Positions 39,789-48,081 of a stretch of DNA of 64,000 nt are shown piece by piece (within the stretch, counting starts at the first letter, position 1; each line of letters opens with the position of its first letter). A program made the position numbers and the translations under genes. The DNA comes from an uncultured Muribaculaceae bacterium (GTDB lineage: Bacteria > Bacillota_I > Bacilli_A > RF39 > UBA660): positions 7,354-71,353 of the forward strand of contig CAZIYD010000002.1 of the NCBI GenBank assembly GCA_964543375.1, written 5' to 3'. The notes below the pieces were generated by a model, which saw only the letters and a list, made by a program, of their open reading frames with translations, was not told where the DNA came from and ran no database searches.

Positions 39789-40528
39789 AAATAGTAGTTC
39801 TTGCAAGTGGTTCAAAAGGAAATTCAACATATATAGAATCTGGCAATACAAAGATTTTGATAGACCTAGGGGTCTCTTCAACATATGTTGAAGATGAACT
39901 TAAAAAAATAAATGTAGATCCAAAAGATATAAATTTAATACTAATTACTCATACGCATTCTGATCACATATTGGGTTTAAAAAGTTTCTTAAAAAAATAT
40001 GAAACATCTTTGCTTATAAGTCCTAATATGGAAGAACATATAAAAAAAGTGATAAAAAAACCAAATATAATTCATTTTAGAAAAGAAATGGATTTAGGGG
40101 ATATTTCTATAAAGATAATAAAAAATTCACACGATACTGAATCGTATGGTTTTATAATAGATGAAAAAATAGTATATATAACAGACACAGGTTATATAAA
40201 CTCTAAACACTTTAATCTAATATCAAACAAAGAGTTATATATAATAGAAAGTAATCACGATGTGGAGATGCTTATGAATGGTAATTATCCACATTATTTA
40301 AAGCAAAGAATATTAAGTGATAAAGGTCATTTATCAAATGAAGCATGTAGTTATTATTTATCTAAGATTATTGGAGAAAAAACCAAATATATTGTTCTTT
40401 CTCATTTGAGCGAAGAAAACAATACAGAAGAAAAGGCTCTAGAAGAACTAAATAACAAGGTAATAAATGATAATATAATAAAGTTAGTTGCAAAACAAAA
40501 CAAAGCATTAGAGGTAATAGAGATATGA
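39785..40528 (+). CDS. MBL-fold metallo-hydrolase (YycJ/WalJ-like)
   Basis: 247 aa. HxHxDH motif ILITHTHSDH and downstream His/Asp ligands of the metallo-beta-lactamase fold. Confidence 0.7.
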   Translation: MKIVVLASGSKGNSTYIESGNTKILIDLGVSSTYVEDELKKINVDPKDINLILITHTHSDHILGLKSFLKKYETSLLISPNMEEHIKKVIKKPNIIHFRKEMDLGDISIKIIKNSHDTESYGFIIDEKIVYITDTGYINSKHFNLISNKELYIIESNHDVEMLMNGNYPHYLKQRILSDKGHLSNEACSYYLSKIIGEKTKYIVLSHLSEENNTEEKALEELNNKVINDNIIKLVAKQNKALEVIEI

Positions 40529-40977
40529 TCAAGATTATATGTGTTGGAAACATAAAAGAGAAATATCTAAAAGATGCAATAAAAGAATATGAAAAAAGGT
40601 TAACGAAATATACAAAACTAGAAATAATAGAAGTAAAATCTTTAGAAACAGATGATATAAACAAAAACTTAAAAGATGAAGCGAATAATATTTTAAAACA
40701 CATAAAAGAAAAAGATTATATTATAAGTTTAGATAGATTTGGAAAAGTTTTTGATTCTGTAGAACTATCAAATCAACTAGAAAAAATTTTAATTCAAAAA
40801 GATATAACTTTTATAATAGGGGGTTCTAATGGACTTGATAAAAGTATCAAAAACGTGTCAAATGACTTATTGTCATTTTCTAATTTGACATTCCCTCATC
40901 AAATCTTTAGAATTCTTTTGTTAGAACAAATATATAGAAGTTTTAAAATATTAAACAATGAACAATATCATAAGTAG
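40525..40977 (+). CDS. rlmH: 23S rRNA (pseudouridine1915-N3)-methyltransferase RlmH (SPOUT)
   Basis: 150 aa. MIKIICVGNIKEKYLKDAIKEYEKRL and C-terminal SPOUT knot region (FPHQIFRILLLEQIYR). Confidence 0.9.
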   Translation: MIKIICVGNIKEKYLKDAIKEYEKRLTKYTKLEIIEVKSLETDDINKNLKDEANNILKHIKEKDYIISLDRFGKVFDSVELSNQLEKILIQKDITFIIGGSNGLDKSIKNVSNDLLSFSNLTFPHQIFRILLLEQIYRSFKILNNEQYHK

Positions 40978-40984
40978 GTATAAA

Positions 40985-41626
40985 ATGATTGGAAATAATT
41001 GGGATAAAATTTTAAGTGAAGAAAAAGAAAAAGATTATTTTAAAAAATTGATATTTTTTTTTAATAATGAAAATAAAACTAAAACTATATATCCAAAAAA
41101 AGAAGATTTATTCAAAGCTTTAAAGTATACAGATTATGAAGATGTTAAAGTTGTAATATTAGGACAGGATCCATATCATGGAGAAGGTGAAGCAAATGGA
41201 CTTTGTTTTTCTGTTAATAACGGAATAAGGATTCCGCCTTCTTTAAGAAATATTTTTAAAGAATTAAAAGAAGATTTAAATGTTGATAGAACTAATACAG
41301 ATTTAATAGATTGGGCTAAGCAAGGAGTTCTATTGTTAAATACAGTTCTAACGGTAGAAAAAGACAAACCGTTTTCACACAGAAATAAAGGATGGGAAAT
41401 TTTTACGGATTCAATAATATCAAAATTAAACGAAAGAGAAGAAATGATAATATTTGTTCTTTGGGGAAGCGCAGCAAGAGAAAAGAAAAGACTAATTACT
41501 AATAAAATTCATAAAATTGTAGAATCCACTCATCCATCTCCTTTTTCATATGATAAGGGCTTTAAAGGTAGTAAACCTTTTACTAAAATAAATAATTACC
41601 TAAATAAAGATAAAATTATTTGGTAA
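40985..41626 (+). CDS. ung: uracil-DNA glycosylase (family 1)
   Basis: Motifs VVILGQDPYHGEGEANGLCFSV (water-activating loop) and HPSPFS (catalytic His; the canonical form is HPSPLS). Start placed at MIGNNWD, after the rlmH stop. Confidence 0.9.
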   Translation: MIGNNWDKILSEEKEKDYFKKLIFFFNNENKTKTIYPKKEDLFKALKYTDYEDVKVVILGQDPYHGEGEANGLCFSVNNGIRIPPSLRNIFKELKEDLNVDRTNTDLIDWAKQGVLLLNTVLTVEKDKPFSHRNKGWEIFTDSIISKLNEREEMIIFVLWGSAAREKKRLITNKIHKIVESTHPSPFSYDKGFKGSKPFTKINNYLNKDKIIW

Positions 41627-41751
41627 TGCTTGTTTTTTTAAAATAAGTGTGCTATTATTATCGATAGATTTTAAATTTGATCCGAACCTCCTCTATATTT
41701 GATTGGAAAGTAAGATAATTAAGATCCAATATTTTAAGAAGGAGGATCCAT

Positions 41752-41934
41752 ATGGAAAAGAAAGAATTTCAAGATAAGAACATGACTTGTAAAGACTGTG
41801 GTAAAGAATTCGTTTTTACTGCTGGTGAACAAGAATTCTACGCAGAAAAAGGTTTTCAAAATGAACCAAGTAGATGCAAACCTTGTAGAGATGCAAACAA
41901 AGCAAGAAGAAATAATCACAGAGAAGGCAGATAA
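41752..41934 (+). CDS. small zinc-ribbon protein (CxxC...CxxC)
   Basis: 60 aa. CKDCGKEFVFTAGEQEFYAEKGFQNEPSRCKPCRD, strong RBS AAGGAGG. Confidence 0.5.
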   Translation: MEKKEFQDKNMTCKDCGKEFVFTAGEQEFYAEKGFQNEPSRCKPCRDANKARRNNHREGR

Positions 41935-41988
41935 TTATATTGTCTTTAATAAGTAACAATGTTATAATAACTTTGTTACTTTTTATAT

Positions 41989-42065
41989 GGCGGCATTGGT
42001 GAAGTGGTTAACACGCTAGATTGTGGCTCTAGTATACGTGGGTTCGATTCCCACATGTCGCCCCA
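41989..42065 (+). tRNA. tRNA-His (anticodon GTG)
   Basis: Cloverleaf read manually. Extra 5' G-1 pairing with discriminator C73 (His hallmark), acceptor GCGGCAT/ATGTCGC, anticodon loop TTGTGGC giving GTG, T-arm GGTTCGATTCC, encoded CCA. Confidence 0.9.
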
Positions 42066-42073
42066 TATGATTA

Positions 42074-42104
42074 TAAAACCTTATTTTATAAGGTTTTTTT
42101 GTTT
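42074..42104 (+). terminator. intrinsic terminator after tRNA-His
   Basis: AAAACCTTAT-ttt-ATAAGGTTTT stem followed by T-run. Confidence 0.6.
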
Positions 42105-42175
42105 TAAAAATTCAATACCACTCAATAACCTCTTAACTTTTCATTTTATAATCTGTATTTTCCACATTAAAAAAT

Positions 42176-42199
42176 AAAAACGAGATTATCTCGTTTTTT
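42176..42199. terminator. bidirectional terminator hairpin
   Basis: AAAAACGAGATAATCTCGTTTTTT: palindromic stem flanked by A-run and T-run. Serves the minus-strand gene 42198-43283. Confidence 0.5.
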
Positions 42200-43283
42200 A
42201 TTTTACTGAATTATAAGTATTACCTATTTTATAATTATCTTGATATATACTCACTTCACCTAAAGTCATTGATTTAGATCTATATTGTTGTGCATATAAT
42301 ATATTTGATGTTTTTCCATCCCAATTTCTTCCAGAGTCTAATGTCCTAAAATAATATATTTGTTTTCCATTAAATAGAGTCTGTTTATTTCCGTTATACC
42401 AAAGTTCAGCAAATCCAACATTGGGATCGGTAGACATCTTCAAGTGAACAATAATGTTTTCCCATCTTAAACCCCTGGATAGTTCTGGCCCGCTCCATAC
42501 CGTTGTGTGAATTGTTCTCGTTCCGGATGTTTGAGCTGAATTAAAAACTATTCTATCATTTGAAACTCCAAATCCAATAGTAGGACTACCGCCCCAAGGG
42601 GGACCATAAACTTGCGCTACACCAAACCAATCCGTTAATTTAGGAAAATTCTCCGGAAAAAATATAGAAAAACTTATATAGTATTCTCCATTTTCCTCTA
42701 AAAGATTTCTACTTAATGTTTGTGCTCTTGGATCACTTGTTGGAGAACCACTACAAAATTCTTTTGTATCATTATCCAAAACAGTGTACATTCCTACTTT
42801 GTTATTTGGATTTAATGGATCATTTACAACACTTATTCTATTTGGACAAGATTGTTTGTGATACCACTGTGATAAATCTCCTGTTTCAAAATCAGCATTA
42901 AATAATAATTTATCAGTTATGACAGGAACTTCTACTGGCTTAACAGGTTCTTCTGGAACCATTTCTGGTTCTTGGTCTTTTGGTTTTTCTTCAATTATTG
43001 TTGGAGTAACTGGAGTTACAACATCCTCTTTAGGGGAGGTAACCGATTCTTCTTTATTGGGTATAACTGACTCCTCTTTAGTGGAATCAATTATTGTTTC
43101 TTTTTCATCTTCGGAAACAGCCTCTTTAATATTTTCGTTTTTCTCTTCTCTAATATTAGTGGATTTATTTTTATTTATATTAGAGTTCTTTTTTGATATA
43201 AGTAAAAGATTAACAGATAATATAATCAATAACATTACTGTTATTCCAACCAATATTATAATTATTTTCTTTTTATCATACAT
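42198..43283 (-). CDS. membrane-anchored secreted protein with Pro/Glu-rich linker and concanavalin-like (putative polysaccharide lyase) domain
   Basis: 361 aa. N-terminal TM IIIILVGITVMLLIILSV, PEV-rich linker, C-terminal beta-rich domain (WFGVAQVYGPPWGGSPTIGFGV, LWYNGNKQ) reminiscent of heparin-lyase-I-like/PL-type lectin folds. Family not verifiable here. Confidence 0.45.
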   Translation of the reverse strand: MYDKKKIIIILVGITVMLLIILSVNLLLISKKNSNINKNKSTNIREEKNENIKEAVSEDEKETIIDSTKEESVIPNKEESVTSPKEDVVTPVTPTIIEEKPKDQEPEMVPEEPVKPVEVPVITDKLLFNADFETGDLSQWYHKQSCPNRISVVNDPLNPNNKVGMYTVLDNDTKEFCSGSPTSDPRAQTLSRNLLEENGEYYISFSIFFPENFPKLTDWFGVAQVYGPPWGGSPTIGFGVSNDRIVFNSAQTSGTRTIHTTVWSGPELSRGLRWENIIVHLKMSTDPNVGFAELWYNGNKQTLFNGKQIYYFRTLDSGRNWDGKTSNILYAQQYRSKSMTLGEVSIYQDNYKIGNTYNSVK

Positions 43284-43339
43284 ATAAACCTCTACTATGC
43301 AATTATAACATTTTTATTTTTAAAGTGTATAATATATAA

Positions 43340-43720
43340 ATGGAGGATAGTATTGATAATTTTAAAGATTATTTAAATAGCATAGAAAATATGGAAAAAA
43401 GGAATAAATTAGAAAGCCTTTTCAAAAACATTTTAAGAGATTTTCCTAATCTGGAGACTAGAATTGCGTGGAATCAACCTATGTTTATTGATCACGGAAC
43501 ATATATTATATCTTTTAGTATTGCTAAAAATCACTTTTCTGTTGGAACAGAAAAAGAAGCATATAATAAGTTCCATAAAGACATATCTAAACAATATAGT
43601 ATCGGGAAAATGTTATTTAGAATAGGGTGGGATGAAAAAATAGATTATGAAATGTTAAAAAACATAATAAAATTTACTATAGAAGTAAAAAAGGATTGTA
43701 AAACTTTTTGGAGTAAATAG
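43340..43720 (+). CDS. DUF1801 (YdhG/YdeI-like) domain protein
   Basis: 126 aa. Pattern IAWNQPMF...HFSVG typical of the DUF1801 family. Confidence 0.45.
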   Translation: MEDSIDNFKDYLNSIENMEKRNKLESLFKNILRDFPNLETRIAWNQPMFIDHGTYIISFSIAKNHFSVGTEKEAYNKFHKDISKQYSIGKMLFRIGWDEKIDYEMLKNIIKFTIEVKKDCKTFWSK

Positions 43721-43817
43721 TTGACGAATTGTATTTTGTATAATATACTATTTTCGTAGTATTTCAATTAGTCCATTCGCGTTTTACTACCAGATAAACT
43801 AAATGTTTAAAGGAATA

Positions 43818-43856
43818 ATGAAGAGTCTTAAGAATCTCCTCATGAATGGCAAATAA
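43818..43856 (+). other. candidate 12-codon leader peptide ORF (MKSLKNLLMNGK)
   Basis: ATG preceded by AAAGGAATA. Overlaps the 5' arm of a terminator-like hairpin in the methyltransferase leader. Confidence 0.25.
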
Positions 43857-43912
43857 TCATACACAAGCTTTGTGATTGGTTTTTGCTGTATGTTCATGAA
43901 AGGAGGTTTTTT
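43836..43912 (+). terminator. leader terminator/attenuator upstream of methyltransferase gene
   Basis: CTCCTCATGAA (43836-43846) pairs with TTCATGAAAGGAG (43892-43904) and is followed by GTTTTTTT. The methyltransferase RBS lies downstream. Confidence 0.4.
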
Positions 43913-43945
43913 TAAATCACAATAATAAAAAATAAAGGAGAATAT

Positions 43946-44680
43946 ATGTTAGAAAAATTATATGAAGAAGGAAATTGGGATTTTAGTAATTTCAATATAA
44001 AAAGCGAACCGTTAACAACTTGGGATATGTACCAAGAAATAAAGAATCATGGAGATAATTTAGTATGTTTAGATTTGGGATGCGCAGCTGGAGAGCGAAT
44101 ATTAAAAAATTATCCTGATGTAAAAGAGTTATTAGCAACCGATTTAATAGACTTGATGATAGAACACGCTAATGAAAACAAAAAGAAAAGGCTAGATTTA
44201 AATGTAACTTTCAAAGTTATGGATAATTTAGATATGAAAGTTAATGATAATTACTTTGATGTTGTCTCGGCAAGACATACTGTAACTGATGCAAAACAAG
44301 TTTATAAAAGTTTAAAAGAGGGCGGGTTATTTGTAGTAAGAGGCATAGATAAAGCTGACTGTTATGATTTAAAAGCATTGTTTGGATATGGGCAAGGATA
44401 TAAAGATTTATTACCTATGAGTATTCAAGATTATAATCAAATAAAAGAAGCAAATTTCAAAGAAATAAAACTATATGCACTACCATCTATAGAATATTTT
44501 AAAGATGAGGATACATTTGTAAAGTTTTTACTTAGTGTTCCAATACTTTGGGATTCAAAGGAAGATATCAAAAAAGATAAAGATGCAAATGAAAAACTAA
44601 AATTGTATGTAAGTTCTCACACTACAGATAAAGGAATATTTTTAATGAGAATGTTGTATGGAATAACTGCGATAAAATAG
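43946..44680 (+). CDS. class I SAM-dependent methyltransferase
   Basis: 244 aa. Motif I LDLGCAAGE and downstream acidic residue (ATDLID). Rossmann-fold MTase pattern. Confidence 0.75.
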   Translation: MLEKLYEEGNWDFSNFNIKSEPLTTWDMYQEIKNHGDNLVCLDLGCAAGERILKNYPDVKELLATDLIDLMIEHANENKKKRLDLNVTFKVMDNLDMKVNDNYFDVVSARHTVTDAKQVYKSLKEGGLFVVRGIDKADCYDLKALFGYGQGYKDLLPMSIQDYNQIKEANFKEIKLYALPSIEYFKDEDTFVKFLLSVPILWDSKEDIKKDKDANEKLKLYVSSHTTDKGIFLMRMLYGITAIK

Positions 44681-44716
44681 TGACAATATGTGCAAATTGA
44701 AATTATTATAAAAATA

Positions 44717-44730
44717 TGATAATATTATCA
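44717..44730. promoter_or_regulatory. perfect 14-bp palindrome TGATAATATTATCA (Fur/PerR-family-like 7-0-7 operator candidate)
   Basis: Read directly, 14 nt upstream of the RBS of the GlsB-like gene. Compare the Bacillus Fur 7-1-7 box TGATAATnATTATCA. Confidence 0.35.
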
Positions 44731-44743
44731 CATAGGAGGTAAT

Positions 44744-44992
44744 ATGGGATTATTATATTGGCTTATTCTTGGAGCTTTAGCTGGATGGCTTGCAAGTATT
44801 TTTATGAAAAAAAATGCAAGCATGGGTTTAATAGCTAACATAATCGTTGGTATAGTGGGTGCATTCTTAGGCGGATTCATAATGAAACTACTTGGTCAAG
44901 ATGGTGTTACTGGATTTAATCTATACAGCATATTAGTAGCGTTCCTTGGTTCTGTTGTATTACTTTGGATTGCAAATAAAATTAAAAGATAA
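44744..44992 (+). CDS. GlsB/YeaQ/YmgE-family transglycosylase-associated membrane protein
   Basis: 82 aa. MGLLYWLILGALAGWLASIFM and GIVGAFLGGFI repeats characteristic of the family. Confidence 0.8.
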   Translation: MGLLYWLILGALAGWLASIFMKKNASMGLIANIIVGIVGAFLGGFIMKLLGQDGVTGFNLYSILVAFLGSVVLLWIANKIKR

Positions 44993-44998
44993 TAAATA

Positions 44999-45022
44999 AA
45001 AAGAGAGAAATCTCTTTTTATT
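44999..45022 (+). terminator. intrinsic terminator
   Basis: AAAGAGAgaaaTCTCTTT followed by T-run. Confidence 0.5.
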
Positions 45023-45240
45023 TATATAATATGGATAATTTATTTTAATGTGTTTATATATAGTCAAAAACAATATGTATACAATAAGATATGAAGATTG
45101 ATTGAATCTTTTTTTTGGTTTATATTATTATAATAAATTTTAAAACTAACCATTTTACACAAAATATACAAAAATCAAAACAAATATTTACTTTTAAAAA
45201 AAAATATAGTATCATTAATTTAATGATAAGGAGGTAAGTA

Positions 45241-45810
45241 ATGGAAAGAGGAAAAAATTCGCAAGTTATAATCATTGGAATATTGGCGGTTGCCTTGTTG
45301 GTTATGTCAGTAGGTTATGCTGCAGCATTTAACACAACTTTAAACATTAATGGTACAGCTACTGCTAAAGCTGCAAAGTGGGATGTTAGTTTTGATACTG
45401 CAAGTTATGCAGAATCAACTGGAAGCGTACAAGCTACAAATCATAATGTTACTGGAACAACTGCATCTTATACGATTACATTGACAAAACCCGGCGATTT
45501 TTATGAGTTTTCTGTAAACGCTGTTAATGGTGGTACTTTTGATGCTAATCTTACAAAGGTTACTTTAAGTGCTCTTAGCGCTGCTCAAGCTGAATATATT
45601 GAATATTCATTAAATTATGCAGGAACAGAGTATACAGCAACAACTGATAGTCTATCTGTTTTATTGGCTGCAAAAAATGATGGTGACACCGATACTGCTA
45701 CAGTAAAAGTTAGAGTTGAATATGTTCAACCTGCTGATGCTGCAAATTTGCCAACATCTGATCAAACAATAACTTTGACAGCTGCATTGGATTACACACA
45801 AGCACAATAA
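45241..45810 (+). CDS. secreted protein with SipW-cognate (TasA/camelysin-class) signal peptide; Ala/Thr-rich candidate fibre subunit
   Basis: 189 aa. N-terminal h-region then VGYAAAF (cf. TasA GGGTWAAFND, CalY GGGTFAFFSD). Strong RBS TAAGGAGGTAAG. Composition differs from neighbours (GC-richer, Ala/Thr/Gly-rich). Confidence 0.6.
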   Translation: MERGKNSQVIIIGILAVALLVMSVGYAAAFNTTLNINGTATAKAAKWDVSFDTASYAESTGSVQATNHNVTGTTASYTITLTKPGDFYEFSVNAVNGGTFDANLTKVTLSALSAAQAEYIEYSLNYAGTEYTATTDSLSVLLAAKNDGDTDTATVKVRVEYVQPADAANLPTSDQTITLTAALDYTQAQ

Positions 45811-45841
45811 ATACATAATATATAAGTGAAAGGCAAAGATT

Positions 45842-46981
45842 ATGAAAAAGAACGAAACAACTATATACTTTGTTTTGGGATTATTAATAATCTTTGCCTT
45901 TATATATTATTTTTTAGTGCAAAATAATTATAATAGTTTTATTGCAGAAACAATATATTTGATTTTTAATGGAGCAATTGCTATATTTTTATATTTTAAG
46001 TTTAATTTAAAACAAAAAAATAAAAAGTTAAATAAAGTAACTACTAGAACTATTATAATAGTTTTTATGAGCACTTTATTGGCAATATATTTAAGTGGAT
46101 TATTTTTGGGTTTTTCTAGGAGTGTATTTTTATTAAAACCATATAATATATTTCTTAACACTTATCCAGTAATACTTTCTGCTTTATTTTTAGAAGTAAT
46201 AAGATATGAGGTTGCTCAAAACTCAAGAAACAAGAACACTCTATTAATATTATTAACAATATATTTTATAGTTTTTAGTTTGGTTTTAAGTGCAAAAACA
46301 TATAGTTTTCATAACAATGAACAAATATTTAGATTTTTTTGTATATATTTTTGTCCGATTTTTGCAAAAGAAATGTTATACAGTTATTTATCATATCATG
46401 TTGGAATCAAATCAACATTTGTCTCAAGAATCATATTTGATTTATACCCGTATGTGTTTCCAATATATCCAAATTTAGGAGAATATTTGAATTGCATAAT
46501 GTTTTTGGTGATCCCTTATATTATATATGCTAAAACTAGTAATTATGTTAAATATGTTGAACAAAATAAAGAGTATAATAGTATTAATAGATGGGTAATG
46601 TTTGTACCATTATTTTTGTTTTTTTTAATAATATTTATTTTATCGTTTGGAATCACTAAATATAAGTTAATTGCTATAGCTACTGGTTCAATGAAGCCGG
46701 TATATGATAGAGGCGATACAATAATATATGAAAAAATGGGAGCAAATAATATATATGTTGGGGAAGTGTTGGCTTTCAAATATAATGGTGTTACTATTAC
46801 TCATAGAGTAGTAAGTAAGTATAAAAATGGAGAAAAGTATATTTTTAAAACAAAAGGTGATGCTAATAAAGATATTGATTTCTTTGAAGTAACAGAAAAC
46901 GAAGTTTTGGGGAAAGTAGAATTTGTTATTCCTTATATTGGGTTCCCATCAATTTTAATTAAAGATTTACTTGGTAAATAG
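45842..46981 (+). CDS. SipW-type (archaeal/ER-type, S26B) signal peptidase I fused to an N-terminal polytopic membrane domain
   Basis: 379 aa. C-terminal about 110 aa contain IAIATGSMKPVYDRGD (catalytic Ser in the SM motif) and VTITHRVV (catalytic His), as in SipW. N-terminal about 260 aa comprise 7-8 predicted TM helices. Confidence 0.7.
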   Translation: MKKNETTIYFVLGLLIIFAFIYYFLVQNNYNSFIAETIYLIFNGAIAIFLYFKFNLKQKNKKLNKVTTRTIIIVFMSTLLAIYLSGLFLGFSRSVFLLKPYNIFLNTYPVILSALFLEVIRYEVAQNSRNKNTLLILLTIYFIVFSLVLSAKTYSFHNNEQIFRFFCIYFCPIFAKEMLYSYLSYHVGIKSTFVSRIIFDLYPYVFPIYPNLGEYLNCIMFLVIPYIIYAKTSNYVKYVEQNKEYNSINRWVMFVPLFLFFLIIFILSFGITKYKLIAIATGSMKPVYDRGDTIIYEKMGANNIYVGEVLAFKYNGVTITHRVVSKYKNGEKYIFKTKGDANKDIDFFEVTENEVLGKVEFVIPYIGFPSILIKDLLGK

Positions 46982-46992
46982 GGTGATAAAAC

Positions 46993-48081
46993 ATGTCAAA
47001 AAATAAATTATTTTTAAAATATTTTTGTTTGTGTATAATAATAGTAATATTAATGCTTTTTAGTTTTTTTATGTTTAAAAAAGGTTTTAGCAATAAAGAA
47101 CAATATGTATTGTCTTACAATAAAACTTCATTAATTGATTACAAAGTGTATTTAAAAGATAATGATTTTTTTGATGTTTCGTTTTTAACTAAAGAAGAAT
47201 TAATAAGAAATAATAGATCAATAATTACAAATTTGATAGATTATTTAGAAATTAATTATAAATATGATATGAAATATTCTGATGTAGTAAAAGGAGAATA
47301 TACATATTATGTTGAATTAATATTAAAAGCTAATAAAATGAATAGTGAAGATAAAAACTATTGGGATAAAACATATCAAATAACAGAACCTAAGAAATTA
47401 ATAATTAATAATGAAAAAAATTTTGGTATTATTCAAAATGTTAAAATAGATTATGAAAAATATAATAATATTTTAGATGATTTTAAGAAGCAACAGGGTT
47501 TGGCGACAAATGGGAATTTAGAAGTAGCTCTCGTTGTTGAGTCTAATGTTAAAAACGAAAAAATAACAAAAAAAATAAATTTAAATAATAGAGAAAGTTT
47601 TAATATACCTCTTTCACAAATGGCGGTAGATGCATCTATAACTTTAGATGAAAAAGGGGAAAAAATAGGTAGTGTTAATGAAACGATTAAATCAAATGAT
47701 TTTAAATTTACAAAATATAAAATAATTGCCCTACTATCAAGTTCTTTGTCGATTACTTTTTTAATAGTATTGATAATTTTAATTAGGTACGATAGAACCT
47801 TGCGCGAGTATAGTATTAAATTAAAAAAAATATTAAGTGGTTATGATGATATTGTCGTAAATGTAAATGTACTTCCCGATGTGAGTAAATTAAACATTAT
47901 ACATGTTGAATCTTTTGCTGAGTTGTTAAATGCTCATGGTGAAGTTAGAATGCCCATTAATTGCTATATAAGTAAAAGAAAAAATAAAGCAACTTTTATA
48001 CTCATAAATGAACCTATTGCGTGGGTATATATATTAAAAGATAAAAATTTGAAAAAGAGTGATATAGATGAAAAATATTAA
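46993..48081 (+). CDS. two-TM membrane protein of unknown function (candidate assembly/anchoring factor)
   Basis: 362 aa. N-terminal TM CLCIIIVILMLFSFFMF, large middle domain, second TM IIALLSSSLSITFLIVLIILI, cytoplasmic tail. Overlaps the next gene by 14 bp. Confidence 0.5.
   Translation: MSKNKLFLKYFCLCIIIVILMLFSFFMFKKGFSNKEQYVLSYNKTSLIDYKVYLKDNDFFDVSFLTKEELIRNNRSIITNLIDYLEINYKYDMKYSDVVKGEYTYYVELILKANKMNSEDKNYWDKTYQITEPKKLIINNEKNFGIIQNVKIDYEKYNNILDDFKKQQGLATNGNLEVALVVESNVKNEKITKKINLNNRESFNIPLSQMAVDASITLDEKGEKIGSVNETIKSNDFKFTKYKIIALLSSSLSITFLIVLIILIRYDRTLREYSIKLKKILSGYDDIVVNVNVLPDVSKLNIIHVESFAELLNAHGEVRMPINCYISKRKNKATFILINEPIAWVYILKDKNLKKSDIDEKY

Noticed and set aside
41627-41751. Possible RBS-sequestering hairpin (CCTCCT ... 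AGGAGG) upstream of the zinc-ribbon gene
   Set aside because: The complementary segments do not form a convincing continuous stem when checked by hand. Left as unremarkable.
42066-42197. Integrase or att-site repeat adjacent to tRNA-His
   Set aside because: Only terminator hairpins are present. No tyrosine-recombinase-like ORF or recognisable direct repeat of the tRNA 3' end in the window.
42919-43287. 122-aa plus-strand ORF rich in Ser/Gly/Thr
   Set aside because: Antisense to the Pro/Glu/Val-rich linker of the minus-strand secreted protein 42198-43283.
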